Shown here piece after piece: positions 46,985 through 61,744 of a DNA stretch of 64,000 bases. Both the position numbers and the translations under genes were made by a program. The notes beneath the pieces are model-generated. The model did no database searches. It saw only the letters and a program-made list of their open reading frames with translations, and was not told the DNA's origin. How positions within the stretch are numbered: the first letter of the stretch is position 1; the number at the start of each line of letters is the position of its first letter. Source of the stretch: Macrostomum lignano (taxonomy: Eukaryota); NCBI GenBank assembly GCA_002269645.1, contig NIVC01002294.1, positions 122,099 through 186,098 on the forward strand. The letters are read 5' to 3'.

Positions 46985-48554
46985 CTGAGTCGCATTCATG
47001 GCGGTGAGCGGGCAGGGGCTTCTTGGGTTCTCAAAAAAAACTCCCTGCAGCCAAATTTTTCTATATTTGAGCCGGGCTCACTTGGAATTTAATATTTCAG
47101 CACTGGAGCAGACAGTGCTCAGAGCACAGCACAGATACTGCAAGCATGAGTGCGAAGGTCTCAAGAGCGTCAATAGTTAGAAGAACGGAACTCTGGGTTT
47201 CTTGGGCCCGTCCTTTCGCCTCCTTTGGTCTTGGCGAAGGCAGCTGTGGAATGTTAATCTGGCATGAGCTCATATTTACCTGAGCACACACAGCAGTGCC
47301 ACACAAGTGCATAGCAAAGATTAGCATTTCAAAGCAGAGGCCATGCAAAAGAGTCAACTCTACTGAGAAGTTGAGAAGCTGAGAAGCAACGCGGAACTCA
47401 CCGATGAAGCTGCAGGCCTGGGGGATTTGCTCAGCAGAAGCTCACAAAGCTACAAGGCCCGGGCTGACTCTCCCAGTCTCTGTGGCCGCACAGTTTCAAA
47501 TTCGGGGCTGTGCATTCCGCTTGTGCGTGACTCCGCTAACAGCTATCAGATTTATGTGCGCCCGAGGCTGCGTGCAAAATGCAATTTGTGTGCAGGTGCA
47601 ATCTGAGCACTCACCCCCCGCCAAGGTGCCAAGCCAACAGGCCACTCCTGGCGGCGCTGCCGGCACAAAAGAATAGCGGAAAATTGCTCAGCTTCATCTC
47701 TCAACCTCAGCTGCTGCGCCTCATCGCCCTCCCCCGCCATGGCAACCTGGCCCCACCACTCCCCGCCTCCGAACTCAAATGGCTACTGGAGCAGAGAAAA
47801 AGCAAAAAAGTAACAGAAGCAGCACTCCAGACAGCGCTAAGCAAGTGGCAACTCATTTATGCATAACTGGAATCTGGAGAGCGTCACCTGCAGCCGGATT
47901 TCTCAGTGGACCACGCGGGGGAGGGCAGGTGTGCGCGGGTCACCCGATTCGCGGGAAACTCAGAGACAGACGCGGTAATGCTTCAAAGACAAAGGAAAAT
48001 ATCCCCGTGTTTAATCTTAGTTTTAAAAAATCGATAAATCAAAAAGGTGCGGGAGGCCGCTTAGCGGCAAAGCCAACCAAAGCAGTTTTGGTGCTCAAGT
48101 TGAGTCTACAATGCAGGGTGTCGGCCGGTCTGGCGCCTCGCTGGCTTGGCCGCGGACTTCGCCGCCCGTCTGTCTGGAAGATCGGGAAAGCGAGCGGCGG
48201 GAGGAGCCGCGGAGGCCCTGGGCTGTGAATGCCGATTGCCCTGAACTCTTCATTGCAAATAAGTTGAGTTTGTGAGATTTTTTTGGATTAAAAACAGCGC
48301 TATATGCATTGCGGCTACTGTTAGTAGAGTTGATTGAGCGGAAAGCCCAAAAGTGTTGTGATTAGTAAATTAATTAGAAACTTGCCATATTATTGGAAAA
48401 GTAACCAATTTCGAAAAAATCTCATCTCTATATATTCGATGTGTTAGCAACAGCAACCGGTATTTGCCTTAGATACCGCCATCTTTACTGCTATATGAGT
48501 GTATTCAAGGTAAAAAAGCACAGGCGCCAGCAGAGGGAGGAGGGACAAACTCAC

Positions 48555-48855
48555 TGCGAGTCCAGGCCACGGTGGCAGAGTGCCCGGTGACGTCATCGCA
48601 CCAGACCCTGGCCGGGGCGAGCACCAGTCCGGTGTAGTTCACCACGAGGGCCGGCCCGGGAGTGCACCGGTTGAATTGGCCGTGTTCCACGCCTCCCCCA
48701 GCGCGCTCCTCGCCCCGCCCTACCGGGTGCGCCGTTAGAGCCACCAGCTGCAGCGTCAGGCGCTGGCCGAGCGTCAGGTCGCGAAGCCGGAAAGAGGTCG
48801 CGTCCGCTGGCAGCACAGAGCCGTAGGGCTCCCCGTCGCGAAGCATTTGGTAGCC
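48555..48855 (-). CDS. R e17: FN3
   Basis: Mirror of 11804-12104. Confidence 0.87.
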
Positions 48856-48964
48856 CTAGTGGTCGGTGCGGCTAGAATTGTACAGCTCACTGCCATTGCC
48901 TTGACCCAATAGCCTCTCTCACAGCTCCTTCTTAATCCCCTGCCCCTCTAAGCTGCGTTCCTCA

Positions 48965-49470
48965 GCCCCACCTCACTCCCTGCCCCTTCTGGCCTGTCTC
49001 CCCAAGCCCCCAGCTCCACCTCACTCCCTGCCCCTCTGGCCTGTCTCCCCCAGCCCCCAGCTCCACCTCACTCCCTGCCCCTCTGGCCTGTCTCTCCCAG
49101 CCCCCAGCTCCACCTCACTCCCTGCCCCTCTGGCCTGTCTCCCCCAGCCCCCAGCTCCACCTCACTCCCTACCCCTCTGGCCTGTCTCTCCCAGCCCCCA
49201 GCTCCACCTCACTCCTTGCCCCTCTGGCCTGTCTCCCCCAGCCCCCAGCTCCACCTCACTCCCTGCCCCTCTGGCCTGTCTCCCCCAGCCCCCAGCTCCA
49301 CCTCACTCCCTACCCCTCTGGCCTATCTCCCCCAGCCCCCAGCTCCACCTCACTCCCTACCCCTCTGGCCTATCTCCCCCAGCCCCCAGCCCCACCTCAC
49401 TCCCTGTCCCTCTGGCCTGTCTCCCCCAGCCCCACCTCACTCCCTGCCCCTCTGGCCTGTCTCCCCCATC
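48965..49470. repeat. 43-bp VNTR (mirror, no MITE)
   Basis: Uninterrupted array. Confidence 0.9.
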
Positions 49471-49499
49471 CTCAGTTTTTCCGGAGGCCCGGTGCTCAC

Positions 49500-49676
49500 C
49501 GATATCTGCGCCTCGCCAAACTGCTGCGGCACGGACCAGGAGATCTCCAGGCCCTCCTCTGTCATGGACTCGACTCGCAACGCTGGGCTGATGGGCGGGG
49601 CTGAGCAGCTCACGCTGAGCGGGGCGCTGAGCTCGCTCTCGCAAAGACAGAACACGTGATCGGCGTTGGCGTCAAT
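49500..49676 (-). CDS. R e16
   Basis: Mirror of 10278-10454. Confidence 0.8.
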
Positions 49677-49766
49677 CTTGATGGGGTTGAGCCAAACATA
49701 TTAATATTAGAAGTTCGGCATGCTACTTAGTATGAGTAGTATACTTAAAACAGTGCCAAGACTTGC

Positions 49767-49902
49767 ATTCTTGTGACCGGCGATGGCCTTGGCCTGCACG
49801 TCGTAGACGACGCCAGCCTGCAGGTCGGACAGGTAGTAGGTGTAGGTGCGCCGGCCGGGGGAGGCCTTCAGCTCGCCGTGCCACTTCTCGTCCACGAACA
49901 CC
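49767..49902 (-). CDS. R e15 (probable GC donor)
   Basis: Mirror of 10052-10187. Confidence 0.75.
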
Positions 49903-50051
49903 CTGCGGGGGGCAGTCAGGGAATATTCTTTGAAATTTAAAACAGAGCTTCACAGTTCAGCGCCAAGAATTTCCCCAGATCGGAGGAAATCTTCACTTGA
50001 AGAAATATTTGATGGCCGATTTGAAGGCCGATTTGAGTTAATTTGAAAACG

Positions 50052-51355
<1,304 letters not shown>

Positions 51356-51396
51356 CACATCCAATATCTCCGGTGACCTCTGGCCCGGACACCCAC

Positions 51397-51891
51397 CGGT
51401 ACTTGCTGACGTCCTCCTCCTGAGGACCGGCGGCCGCTTCGCCCTGCCAGGCGACGATGACGGCGCCCTCCGCGCTGGTCGGCTGCTCCGACAGCTGCGG
51501 CGGCTCCGGGCGCCGGGGGCAGCTCACCCGGACGGTGTTGGACGGCTGGCTGGTGCGCTGGGACCGGCCGGCCACCGCCACCACCGCCACGGCCACCGTC
51601 CGGCCCGGCTGCAGCGGCTCCAGCGTCGTCTGCTGCGTCTGCGCCGGCAGCTGCCCGCCCTGCGGCTCGCCGTCAATCAGCAGTCGGTAGCCGACGAGGT
51701 CCTCGCCACCGAAGGCGCGGCCGGGCCTCCAGGCCACCGCCACCTGTTTGACGTCGACGCTCTGAACGACGAGGCGCGGCGGCTCCGGCGGCCCGGCGGT
51801 GGTGAAGTCGCAGACTGCCGACTTTGTGCTCAGCTCCGCCTGGCCGATGCCCGAGCTGTCCAGCTGACGGAAGCTGGCCGTCACGGAGATC
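51397..51891 (-). CDS. R e14: FN3 domains
   Basis: Mirror of 9267-9761. Confidence 0.9.
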
Positions 51892-51914
51892 CTGCGGCGG
51901 GGAGGCGGCGGGTT

Positions 51915-52075
51915 CCCGGGTACAGACAGGGTGTACAGACAGGTTGTACAGACAGGTTTGTACAGACAGGGAGTACAGGCAGGGTGTACAGACAGGGTGT
52001 ACAGACAGGGTGTACAGACAGGGTGTACAGACAGGGTGTACAGACAAGGTGTACAGACAGGGTGTACAGGCAGGA
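51915..52075. repeat. 13-bp VNTR (mirror, shorter)
   Basis: Direct reading. Confidence 0.9.
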
Positions 52076-52179
52076 TAAAATTCAAAGGTTTTTGAGAATC
52101 GAGAAGGCGCCTTATACCGGAATCTAAAATATTTCCAGACCAGGTGCTCCCAACAGAAATCCCTGTCTGTCCCCCTCAC

Positions 52180-52573
52180 CTGTAGTCGCAGCCGATGGCG
52201 AGGCCGCGGCAGAGGCAGTCCCGCTCGCCGCCGGTGCAGTTCCAGGTGTGCACCACCCCGTCAGCCTCCGAGTCGAAGCTCATGTCCGAGTTCACCTTGG
52301 CTGAGAAGGCCCGTCCGGCCACGCTGACGGTGCTGACCTCGTGCCGGAACTGGTGCTCCAGCGGCCGGGAGAAATCCCAGGTGACGCGAACCCGGTCCGG
52401 GTGCTCCGGGTCGGGCAGCAACTGCACGATCGGCACCGGCAGGGCGCTGGCCGTCTCCTCTGCCGACAGCGCGGCTGCTGCCGCCCCTGCCGTCACCGCC
52501 GCTGCTGCCGCGGCACCGCTGGCGACCAGCCGCTCTTTCGCGGGCTCCGCATCCGCCACCTCCACGACCGAGT
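52180..52573 (-). CDS. R e13
   Basis: Mirror of 8350-8743. Confidence 0.82.
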
Positions 52574-52939
52574 CTGCAGGTGGCAGGGAGCCAAAGTGCA
52601 GTGAGAAGATTTTATTGGAAACCCATCTGAAAATTCAAATTCGCGCCAAAATGGGAACACCGTTAACACAACGTTTTAAGCACATTAAAACTAGCAGCTG
52701 CTTTTCACTTTAAACATTTTTGTGTTTGATGGCAGTTGAAATGTGCTGATTCACAGTTGCCAAATTTGGGTCCAGTTTTGGCGGCAATTTAAATTCGACT
52801 TCTTTCGAGTTTGTTAAATGCCGGAATGCATATTTCATGACCGATTACTTCTCGGCTTATATTAAATAAAAACTGCATATGGGAGTGCTGAATTGAGGAA
52901 GTCAGATGCATCTTTCGAGTGACACTCCTGAGAGTGAGA

Positions 52940-53275
52940 GCGACACTTCAGCGACACTTCAGTGACACTTCAGCGACACTTCAGCGACACTTCAGCGACA
53001 CTTCAGCGACACTTCAGCGACACTTCAGCGACACTTCAGTGACACTTCAGCGACACATCAGCGACACTTCAGCGACACTTCAGCGACACTTCAGTGACAC
53101 TTCAGCGACACTTCAGCGACACTTCAGTGACACTTCAGCGACACTTCAGCGACACTTCAGCGACATTTCAGTGACACTTCAGCGACACTTCAGCGACACT
53201 TCAGCGACATTTCAGTGACACTTCAGTGACACTTCAGTGACACTTCAGTGACACTTCAGCGACACTTCAGTGACA
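52940..53275. repeat. 11-bp repeat gacacttcagc (mirror, longer)
   Basis: Direct reading. Confidence 0.92.
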
Positions 53276-53414
53276 CTTTAACGATAATTAAGTGCCATTT
53301 CTGTGACAAAGTGACTCTCAAGCGATCCTGGAAGCAGTGACTAAGCAATTGAGTCAGTCGGAGGCAAAAGTGAGCTGTCCGGCACTTCACGCTCAGGGTC
53401 ACGTGACCGGCTAC

Positions 53415-53579
53415 CTGTGACCAGAGCGGCACCGAATTTCCTGGCAGTCGAACGATAAATTGGCGGCTTCTGAGAGGCGCCGCGCGGGCGCGGCTTTCGC
53501 GCCGTCGGCTGGACCGTCGGCGCCGCCCCCGCGTCTGAAGCTTCGACGTCCATCGCAATTTGAATCACCGCTGGGCGAG
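53415..53579 (-). CDS. R e12 (ambiguous)
   Basis: Mirror of 7564-7728. Confidence 0.45.
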
Positions 53580-53614
53580 CTGGCGGGGCGCGGCTGCTCA
53601 TGTGTGATTACTGA

Positions 53615-53860
53615 GGCCAAGGGCTAAGGCCAAGGGCTAAGGCCAAGGGCTAAGGCCAAGGGCTAAGGCCAAGGGCTAAGGCCAAGGGCTAAGGCCAAGG
53701 GCTAAGGCCAAGGGCTAAGGCCAAGGGCTAAGGCCAAGGGCTAAGGCCAAGGGCTAAGGCCAAGGGCTAAGGCCAAGGGCTAAGGCCAAGGGCTAAGGCC
53801 AAGGGCTAAGGCCAAGGGCTAAGGCCAAGGGCTAAGGCCAAGGGCTAAGGCCAAGGGCTA
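53615..53860. repeat. 13-bp VNTR ctaaggccaaggg (mirror, about 18 copies)
   Basis: Direct reading. Confidence 0.95.
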
Positions 53861-54062
53861 AATCATATGGAATACCCCCGTACGCTTTAATATCATTTAA
53901 AATGTTTGTAGAACGCCTAGTACAAAATTACAAATAGCAAATTTGCTTCACAATAGGGTAGTACTGTTGGTAGTGTTAGCAACTCAAGCATTAGTTAGGC
54001 ATGGTTAGAACTCATTAGTGGTGCTACAGAACTCTGAGGTCCACGGGGCTTCGCGCTCTTAC

Positions 54063-54270
54063 CAGATTCGCCGCTATCTGAATGCTTCACTTTTTGCTGC
54101 TTCTGCTGCTGCTTCTGCTGCTGCTGCTGCTGCTGCTCGCTTACCAGGACCGCAGCGGCTGCCGCAGGCGGAGGCGACGGTGACAGAGCGGCTCTCTTCT
54201 GCTGCTCTCGAGCGCTCATCTTTGATTCCTTCAATGGCGCAGCCGGAGGGGTCACCGAGCGGGCTGCTGA

Positions 54271-54304
<34 letters not shown>

Positions 54305-54473
54305 GAGACGCGGGCGTGCCGCGGTTGCTGCCGCCTGTTGAACTCCGCATCCTCCATCAGCGGCAGTTCTTCAGCTTGCTGCTCTTTTTGTTGCTCATCG
54401 ACGCTCTCAGAGCTGAAGGACACCTCGGACGGCTGTTTCTCAAGCTCGATCTGCTGCGGCTGCTGCTGGTTCT
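54063..54473 (-). CDS. R e11: low complexity
   Basis: Mirror of 6281-6691. Confidence 0.7.
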
Positions 54474-54659
54474 CTGCAATTCGGCATTGTGCACCACCCC
54501 GCAGGCGGGTAGAGAGTGCATAGGGAGCCCTGCGGTGAGGTTATCTGTGCCACTAGTTGGCTGGGGCGGGTCTGTGCTGTTAGCGGAGCAGCGGATTCTG
54601 CGGTTAGTAGCGGCATTGGGCAATTTTTGGCGACTGGAACCCTCAGACCTCAGGTAGTC

Positions 54660-54930
54660 CATGGCTCTGGAACTGCCACAGGCTAACAGTCCATGGTTCT
54701 GGAACTGCCACAGGCTAATAGTCCATGGTTCTGGAACTGCCATAGGCTAATAGTCCATGGTTCTGGAACTGCCATAGGCTAATAGTCCATGGTTCTGGAA
54801 CTGCCATAGGCTAATAGTCCATGGTTCTGGAACTGCCACAGGCTAATAGTCCATGGTTCTGGAACTGCCACAGGCTAATAGTCCATGGTTCTGGAACTGC
54901 CATAGGCTAATAGTCCATGGTTCTGGAACT
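54660..54930. repeat. 32-bp VNTR (mirror)
   Basis: Direct reading. Confidence 0.92.
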
Positions 54931-55209
54931 CCTTCGTTTAAAACGTCTACGAGCGTATTTTTCTGGGAGCTTCGGGATTCAGGAACTCTCTATCCTTCTT
55001 CATATTCTTCTACAGCTTCTAGAACTCTTTGAAGACTCCCAGGAAATGTCCAGCCACCAAAAGCCAGTTTAGAAAGGCCTCTAGGAAAATCTATGCACTC
55101 AAATGTTATTCAATTATTCATCTGTGAACAACAAAGAAGCAAGTCACGTGATTCGTTAATCCGAGGTTTCAAACACTCTGAAGAATCTCGAAGGCTGCCG
55201 ACGACTCAC

Positions 55210-55554
55210 CCGCAGTCTCTTTGGTCTCGGTCTCGTCCCCGTTGGCAACCGGCTTCTCCTCGACTATGGAGCTCCTGCGGCTGCTGCTGGAGCTGCTGGA
55301 GCTCCCGGAGCCGCTGGAGCCACCGCCAGCCTCCCTAGCCGCCTTCTCCTTCTCCGCTGCCCGCCTGTCCGCCGTCTGGATGGCCTCCAGCTGCTCCGCC
55401 GGCATCCGGTGGTAGCCGACGCCGTCCGTCACGAAGACGAACTCGGAGAGCTCTTCCGACTGCAGCAGGCGGGAGCCTTCAGGAGGCACCACAGAGTCAA
55501 CGTCCAGCGGCAGGCGAAACTCCAACTTGTTGGAGGGCAGCTCCGACATCTCGC
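55210..55554 (-). CDS. R e10
   Basis: Mirror of 5200-5544. Confidence 0.82.
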
Positions 55555-55589
55555 CTGAGAGCAGCGGGGAAGTTGACCAATTAGTAAGT

Positions 55590-55900
55590 GCTCAATCTGT
55601 GCTCAACCTGTGCTCAATATGTGCTCAATCTGTGCTCAATCAATGCCTGATGCCCAATCAGTGCTCAATCAATGCCTGATGCCCAATCAGTGCTCAATCA
55701 ATGCCTGATGCCCAATCAGTGCTCAATCAATGCCTGATGCCCAATCAGTGCTCAATCAATGCCTGATGCCCAATCAGTGCTCAATCAATGCCTGATGCCC
55801 AATCAGTGCTCAATCAATGCCTGATGCCCAATCAGTGCTCAATCAATGCCTGATGCCCAATCAGTGCTCAATCAATGCCTGATGCCCAATCAGTGCTCAA
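55590..55900. repeat. 11-bp and 29-bp VNTR (mirror, shorter)
   Basis: Direct reading. Confidence 0.93.
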
Positions 55901-55926
55901 TCAGCGCCCAACGAGTTCGAACTCAC

Positions 55927-56197
55927 CAGTAGACTCTACCCGAACGGCGGACACGATGATGGAATAATCGGAGTTCAGCGTGCAGCCCTCGATCACCACC
56001 TTGCAGCGCTTGCTGCCGGCCTCGGGGGTGACCAGCTTGCCGCACTGCCGCCCGTTCAGCGTCACCTTGTAGCCCCGCAGCGAGTAGTCGGTGGCTGCCA
56101 GGGCGCCCCACACCAGCGTGATGGTGCTGGGCTTGCTGCTGAGCTCCAGCGACACCAGCGGCCCGCTAACGGAGGTCGCCTGGGGACAATCGAATGT
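55927..56197 (-). CDS. R e9: FN3 (intact frame)
   Basis: 271 bp; phase 0-1. Confidence 0.87.
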
Positions 56198-56234
56198 CTG
56201 GGGAAGAGATGGAGATCAATGTGATTAACGTAAG

Positions 56235-56755
56235 TACAACCCAATGCAGCCCAGTGCAACCCTGTGCAACCCAATGCAACCCAATGCAACCCAATGCAAC
56301 ACAATGCAACCCAATGCAACCCAATGCAACCCAATAAAACTCAATGCAACCCAATGCAACCCAGTGCAACATAATTCAACTCAATGCAACCCAATGCAAC
56401 CCAATGCAACACAATGCAACCCAGTGCAACCCAATGCAACTCAATGCAACCCAATGCAACCCAATGCAACACAATGCAACCCAATGCAACCCAATGCAAC
56501 CCAATGCAACCCAATGCAACCCAATGCAACACAATGCAACCCAGTGCAACCCAATGCAACTCAATGCAACCCAATGCAACCCAATGCAACACAATGCAAC
56601 CCAATGCAACTCAATGCAACCCAATGCAACCCAATGCAACACAATGCAACCCAATGCAACCCAATGCAACCCAATGCAACCCAATGCAACTCAATGCAAC
56701 CCAGTGCAACCCAGTGCAACCCAATGCAACCCAATGCAACCCAATGCAACCCATA
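56235..56755. repeat. 10-bp VNTR tgcaacccaa (mirror, longer)
   Basis: Direct reading. Confidence 0.95.
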
Positions 56756-56765
56756 GGAAACCCAC

Positions 56766-57047
56766 CAGCTTGTTGGACTTGTGCGGCTGGTAGGCGGCGC
56801 CGTCCCTGGGCAGGGCCTCCAGCCAGATGCTGTACACTCGGCCGGCCGCCAGCCCCGACGCCTGCAGGCAGCTGTTGCTGGGCAGCCGCACGCCGCCGTA
56901 GGAGACGCCGTTGACCAGCAGGCGGTACCCCGCCAGCATCTCCGTCAGGCCCTCAGCCAGCGGCTGCCAGAAAATTTCCACCGTGCCGTCCACGACGTGC
57001 AGCAGCTTCACGGCCGGCACGCAGTTGAACCACTTCCAGGACTCGCT
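56766..57047 (-). CDS. R e8: FN3
   Basis: Mirror of 3678-3959. Confidence 0.88.
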
Positions 57048-57118
57048 CTGTGACGGGAGTTGCGTTCTCAGGTGAGCTGCTGCGCCAAGCATTTTTGCTA
57101 GCAATGCGCTGAACTCAC

Positions 57119-57223
57119 CATGGGCCCGGCTCCACCCGGCCCACCGCCTCCGCCACCGGCTCCTCCTCGGCCTCGGATTCCTCGGCGTCCTCGCCAGCGC
57201 CGGAGTCCACGACCCAGAACCGG
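57119..57223 (-). CDS. R e7: acidic linker (1-bp deletion vs L)
   Basis: 105 bp vs 106 bp; ggcccatg vs ggccccatg. Confidence 0.75.
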
Positions 57224-57253
57224 CTGAGGGATTGCAGTGCGTGATCGAGTGAT

Positions 57254-57886
57254 CTCACTCACTCACTCACTCACTCACTCACTCACTCACTCACTCACTC
57301 ACTCACTCACTCACTCACTCACTCACTCACTCACTCACTCACTCACTCGCTCACTCACTCACTCACTCACTCACTCACTCGCTCACTCACTCACTCACTC
57401 GCTCACTCACTCACTCACTCCCTCACTTACTCACTCACTCACTCACTCACTCACTCACTCACTTACTCACTCACTCATGAACTCACTCATGAACTCACTC
57501 ATGAACTCACTCATGAACTCACTCATGAACTCACTCATGAACTCACTCATGAACTCACTCATGAACTCATGAAATCACTCATGAACTCACTCACTCACTC
57601 ACTCGCTCGCTCACTCACTCATGAACTCACTCACTTACTCACTCATGAACTCATGAAATCACTCATGAACTCACTCACTTACTCACTCATGAACTCACTC
57701 ACTTACTCACTCATGAACTCACTCACTTACTCACTCATGAACTCACTCACTTACTCACTCATGAACTCACTCACTTACTCACTCATGAACTCACTCACTT
57801 ACTCACTCATGAACTCACTCACTTACTCACTCATGAACTCATGAAATCACTCATGAACTCACTCATGAACTCACTAATGAACTCAC
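57254..57886. repeat. (tcac)n / actcac array (mirror)
   Basis: Direct reading. Confidence 0.95.
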
Positions 57887-57993
57887 CGGGAGGAGAAAAT
57901 CTCAGATGGCTGGCGGTTTGGCGCCACCGCCATGGCGCGGATGAAGACGATGCCCGGCCTGCGCAGCTTCAGCGGCTCCCAGGTCTGGTACAC
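57887..57993 (-). CDS. R e6
   Basis: Mirror of 2767-2873. Confidence 0.85.
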
Positions 57994-58437
57994 CTGCGGG
58001 GAGGGCGCGGGGCGAAGGGGCTTGATGAGGCGGTCAGCTTCACCAAATAGACGACAGCGACATCGCAAACAGTTCAAAAGCCACAAAAATGAGGAAAATT
58101 TCGATTCAAAGCCCATGGTGACGAGGAAGCAAATCAAAGACTTGAAACGGTTGTAAGAGGGCATTTCATTCTCTAAGAAACAAAGTTTGGAGTCCACAGG
58201 CTGGTGGCATCTCTGATTCACTATTTTTGTTGTGATCAAAACGGTAAACAAATAAAGCACTGGATAGGAATTAAAGTGATGAAGCACTCTGGATGCTGTG
58301 CCCCAGTGACAGGAGCGCTCACGGTGGCCGAAGGTTCCTCATCGTCAGCGATTGGCCGCTCGCCTTTGAGCGTCTGCAACGGGCGGGGAGTCTCACTGAG
58401 GCATTCTGGGCCTGGCTGCTCGCATTTGCGCTTGAAA

Positions 58438-59300
58438 ATGAGCACAGTCACTGAATGACTGAATGAGCACAGTCACTGAATGACTGAATGAGCACAGTCA
58501 CTGAATGACTGAATGAGCACAGTCACTGAATGACTGAATGAGCACAGTCACTGAATGACTGAATGAGCACAGTCACTGAATGACTGAATGAGCACAGTCA
58601 CTGAATGACTGAATGAGCACAGTCACTGAATGACTGAATGAGCACAGTCACTGAATGACTGAATGAGCACAGTCACTGAATGACTGAATGAGCACAGTCA
58701 CTGAATGACTGAATGAGCACAGTCACTGAATGACTGAATGAGCACAGTCACTGAATGACTGAATGAGCACAGTCACTGAATGACTGAATGAGCACAGTCA
58801 CTGAATGACTGAATGAGCACAGTCACTGAATGACTGAATGAGCACAGTCACTGAATGACTGAATGAGCACAGTCACTGAATGACTGAATGAGCACAGTCA
58901 CTGAATGACTGAATGAGCACAGCCACTGAATGACTGAATGAGCACAGTCACTGAATGACTGAATGAGCACAGTCACTGAATGACTGAATGAGCACAGCCA
59001 CTAAATTACTGAATGAGCACAGCCACTGAATGACTGAATGAGCACAGCCACTGAATGACTGAATGAGCACAGTCACTGAATGACTGAATGAGCACAGCAG
59101 CTGAATTAATGAATGAGAACAGCCATTGAATGACTGAATGAGCACAGTCACTGAATGACTGAATGAGCACAGCAGCTGAATTAATGAATGAGAACAGCCA
59201 TTGAATGACTGAATGAGCACAGTCACTGAATGACTGAATGAGCACAGCAGCTGAATGACTGAATGAGCACAGCAGCTGAATGACTGAATGAGCACAGCCA
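58438..59300. repeat. 25-bp VNTR (mirror)
   Basis: Direct reading. Confidence 0.95.
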
Positions 59301-59427
59301 TTGCAGCCCCTTTCGCACCCGATTCAACCCCAAATCAGCCCCAACTCAGCCCCAACTCAGCCCAACTCAGCCCCAACTCAGCCCTAACTCAGCCCCAACT
59401 CAGCCCCAACTCAGCTCCAACTCGCAC

Positions 59428-59739
59428 TTTTACTCCGGGCCGGTGCAGCAGCGGCGGGCTGCCGTCCATGGTGTAGAGGATGACGGCCTTGGGGTCGCGG
59501 CACTCGAGCCGGACCACGGTTCCCATGGCAACGGTGCCGCCCTCGTGAAAGGAGACGATCTTGGGTGCAGGAGTTCGATCGGGCTCCGGCAGCACCAGCA
59601 CGGAGCCGCAGCGGCCGGGCGCGCCCACCGAAGCCACGCAGAACATGCCGGGCCGGGTGAAGGTGTACAGGAAGCTGCCGCGACGACTCGCCCGCCCGCT
59701 GTTGAACGACTGGTCGCCGTTCGCCGTGCTGAGCGGTGC
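59428..59739 (-). CDS. R e5 (intact frame)
   Basis: 104 codons; FLYTFTRPGMF and ILYTMDGSPP. Confidence 0.88.
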
Positions 59740-60454
59740 CTGCAGTGGGGTTGGCAACTTCTGTGTTGGAGCTGTGGCTGCTTCGGTGGGTTGGTAAGCG
59801 AGCTGTTGTGTAGGTGGTGGTGAGGTTGTTGTGTAGGTTGTTGTGTAGGTTGTGGTGTAGGTTGTGTGTAGGTTGTTTTGTAGGCTGTTATGTAGGCTGT
59901 AGTATAGGTTGTTGTGCAGGTTGTGGTGTAGATTGTTTTTTAGGCTGTTGTGCCGGTTGTTGTGTAGGCTGTTGTGTAGGTTGTGGTGTAGGTTGTGTGT
60001 AGGTTGTTGTGTAGGCTGTTGTGCAGGTTGTGGTGTAGATTGTTTTTAGGCTGTTGTGCAGGTTGTTGTGTAGGTTATTTTTTAGCTTGCGTGTAGGTTT
60101 CTGTGTAGGCTGTTTTGTCGGTTGTTTGTTTCGTACATAAATATTTTGGTTTTTTTGCAGACTCTACGTGTAGTGTAAAGATTTTTGGTCATTTTACGGG
60201 GTTTGTGTAGAATTTCAGGTTACTGTAGGCCATTTTTAGTGTTGTGAAGGCGTTGATTGGCTGATTGTATTTGTTGTTGTTGTTGTTACTGTTGTTGTTA
60301 TTGTAGCAATTTGATTGTCGAGTGCGTAGGTAGCCAGTTGCACAGGTTTTTAGGTAGCTTGTTGAATAGTTTATCGGGTAGTTTGTTGAGTGGCAGTAGT
60401 TTGTTAGTAGCTTCTTGTGTAGTTTTATAGTTAAGTTAAGCAGAGGCGGCTCAC

Positions 60455-60754
60455 AGCGCTGTTCGGCGGGTTCACATTGACGATGTTGTGCTCCTCGAAC
60501 TCGGGCGCGTCTCCCCAGTCCCACAGCACGCTGTCGCCCTTGACGATGGTGACGGCGGACGGGAAGAAGCCGGAGCTGGCGTTGAGCCGCACGACGGCGT
60601 GGTCCTGCGCGTCGCTGACAATCACTGAGCTGATGCGGCTCTCGTCCATTGGGGCCTCCTTGTTGGCGCCGAGCTGCAGGAAGGCCCGGCTGGTGAAATT
60701 GAAGACGCCAGCCTCTGTGAAGGCGCGCTCCATGCAGCGTCGCGGGGTCAGGCC
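60455..60754 (-). CDS. R e4
   Basis: Mirror of 91-390. Confidence 0.88.
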
Positions 60755-60834
60755 CTGGGTAGGTCACGGGTTCGAATCTTATTCACACTTTGGTTTGCAG
60801 ATATTGGCTTCAAATTAATTTTTAACAAAAAAAT

Positions 60835-61195
60835 CACAACCTGATTCCTCGAATTCACAACTTTATTCCTAGAATTCACAACTTGATTCCTAGAATTCAC
60901 AATCTGATTCCTAGAACTCACAACCTGATTCCTAGAACTCACAACCTAAATTGTAGAATTCACAGCCTCTGATTCCTAGAATTCACAGCCTCTGATCCCT
61001 AGAATTCACAACCTGATTCCTAGAATTCACAACCTGATTCCTAGAATTCACAACCTGATTCCTGGAATTCACAGTCTGATTCCTGGAATTCACAGTCTGA
61101 TTCCTAGAATTCACAGTCTGATTCTTAGAATTCACAGTCTGATTCTTAGAATCCACAGTCAGATTCCTGGAATTGACATCCTGATTCCTGGAATT
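60835..61195. repeat. 21-bp VNTR cctgattcctagaattcacaa
   Basis: In the e3-e4 intron. Confidence 0.9.
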
Positions 61196-61238
61196 CAAAG
61201 CTTTATTCTTGGAAAGTTTCCTAGAAAGCTTGGCTCAC

Positions 61239-61679
61239 CTGAGACCGGTGCTGCGCATCCATGAGGTCGCCCATGGCGGCAATGTTCACCACATCGTGCG
61301 TGCGAAGTCCGCGGAACACCCAGGCCACCAGGTCGTTGACCGTAGCGACCACCGGGTCGGGGCTGAGGCCGGTGGCGCCCACCTGCACCTGGTGCACCCG
61401 GCAGGCGGAGCGGCACTGCACGGACCCGACAACGCCCTGTAGGCCCTCGCTGATGTAGTGGTACAGGCCGGGCCTCTCAAACCGGTGCATGAAGGCGCAG
61501 GGCGGGTCCGTCAGGGCGCCGCTCTGAAAGCCGTCGTCCAGTGGCCGGCCCTCCGGGGACACCTGAAGGACATTGTGCAGCCTGTCGGGCCGCTGCCACA
61601 CCCACCAGACCAGGTCGCCACTGCACACCGAGAGCTTCTTTGGTTCGAAGCCCGTCTCCGTGATGGTGATGGTGTGGTT
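61239..61679 (-). CDS. R e3: cupredoxin-like repeats 3-4
   Basis: cag|NHTITITETGFEPKKLSVCSGDLVWW...HNV...FERPGLYHY...HRSQ|gtgag; 147 codons; phase 0-0. Confidence 0.88.
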
Positions 61680-61744
61680 CTGGTGAGGGACGGCAAAAAA
61701 CGGTCATTGATTTCTTCAAAATGAATTTATTACAAAGCCCTGAG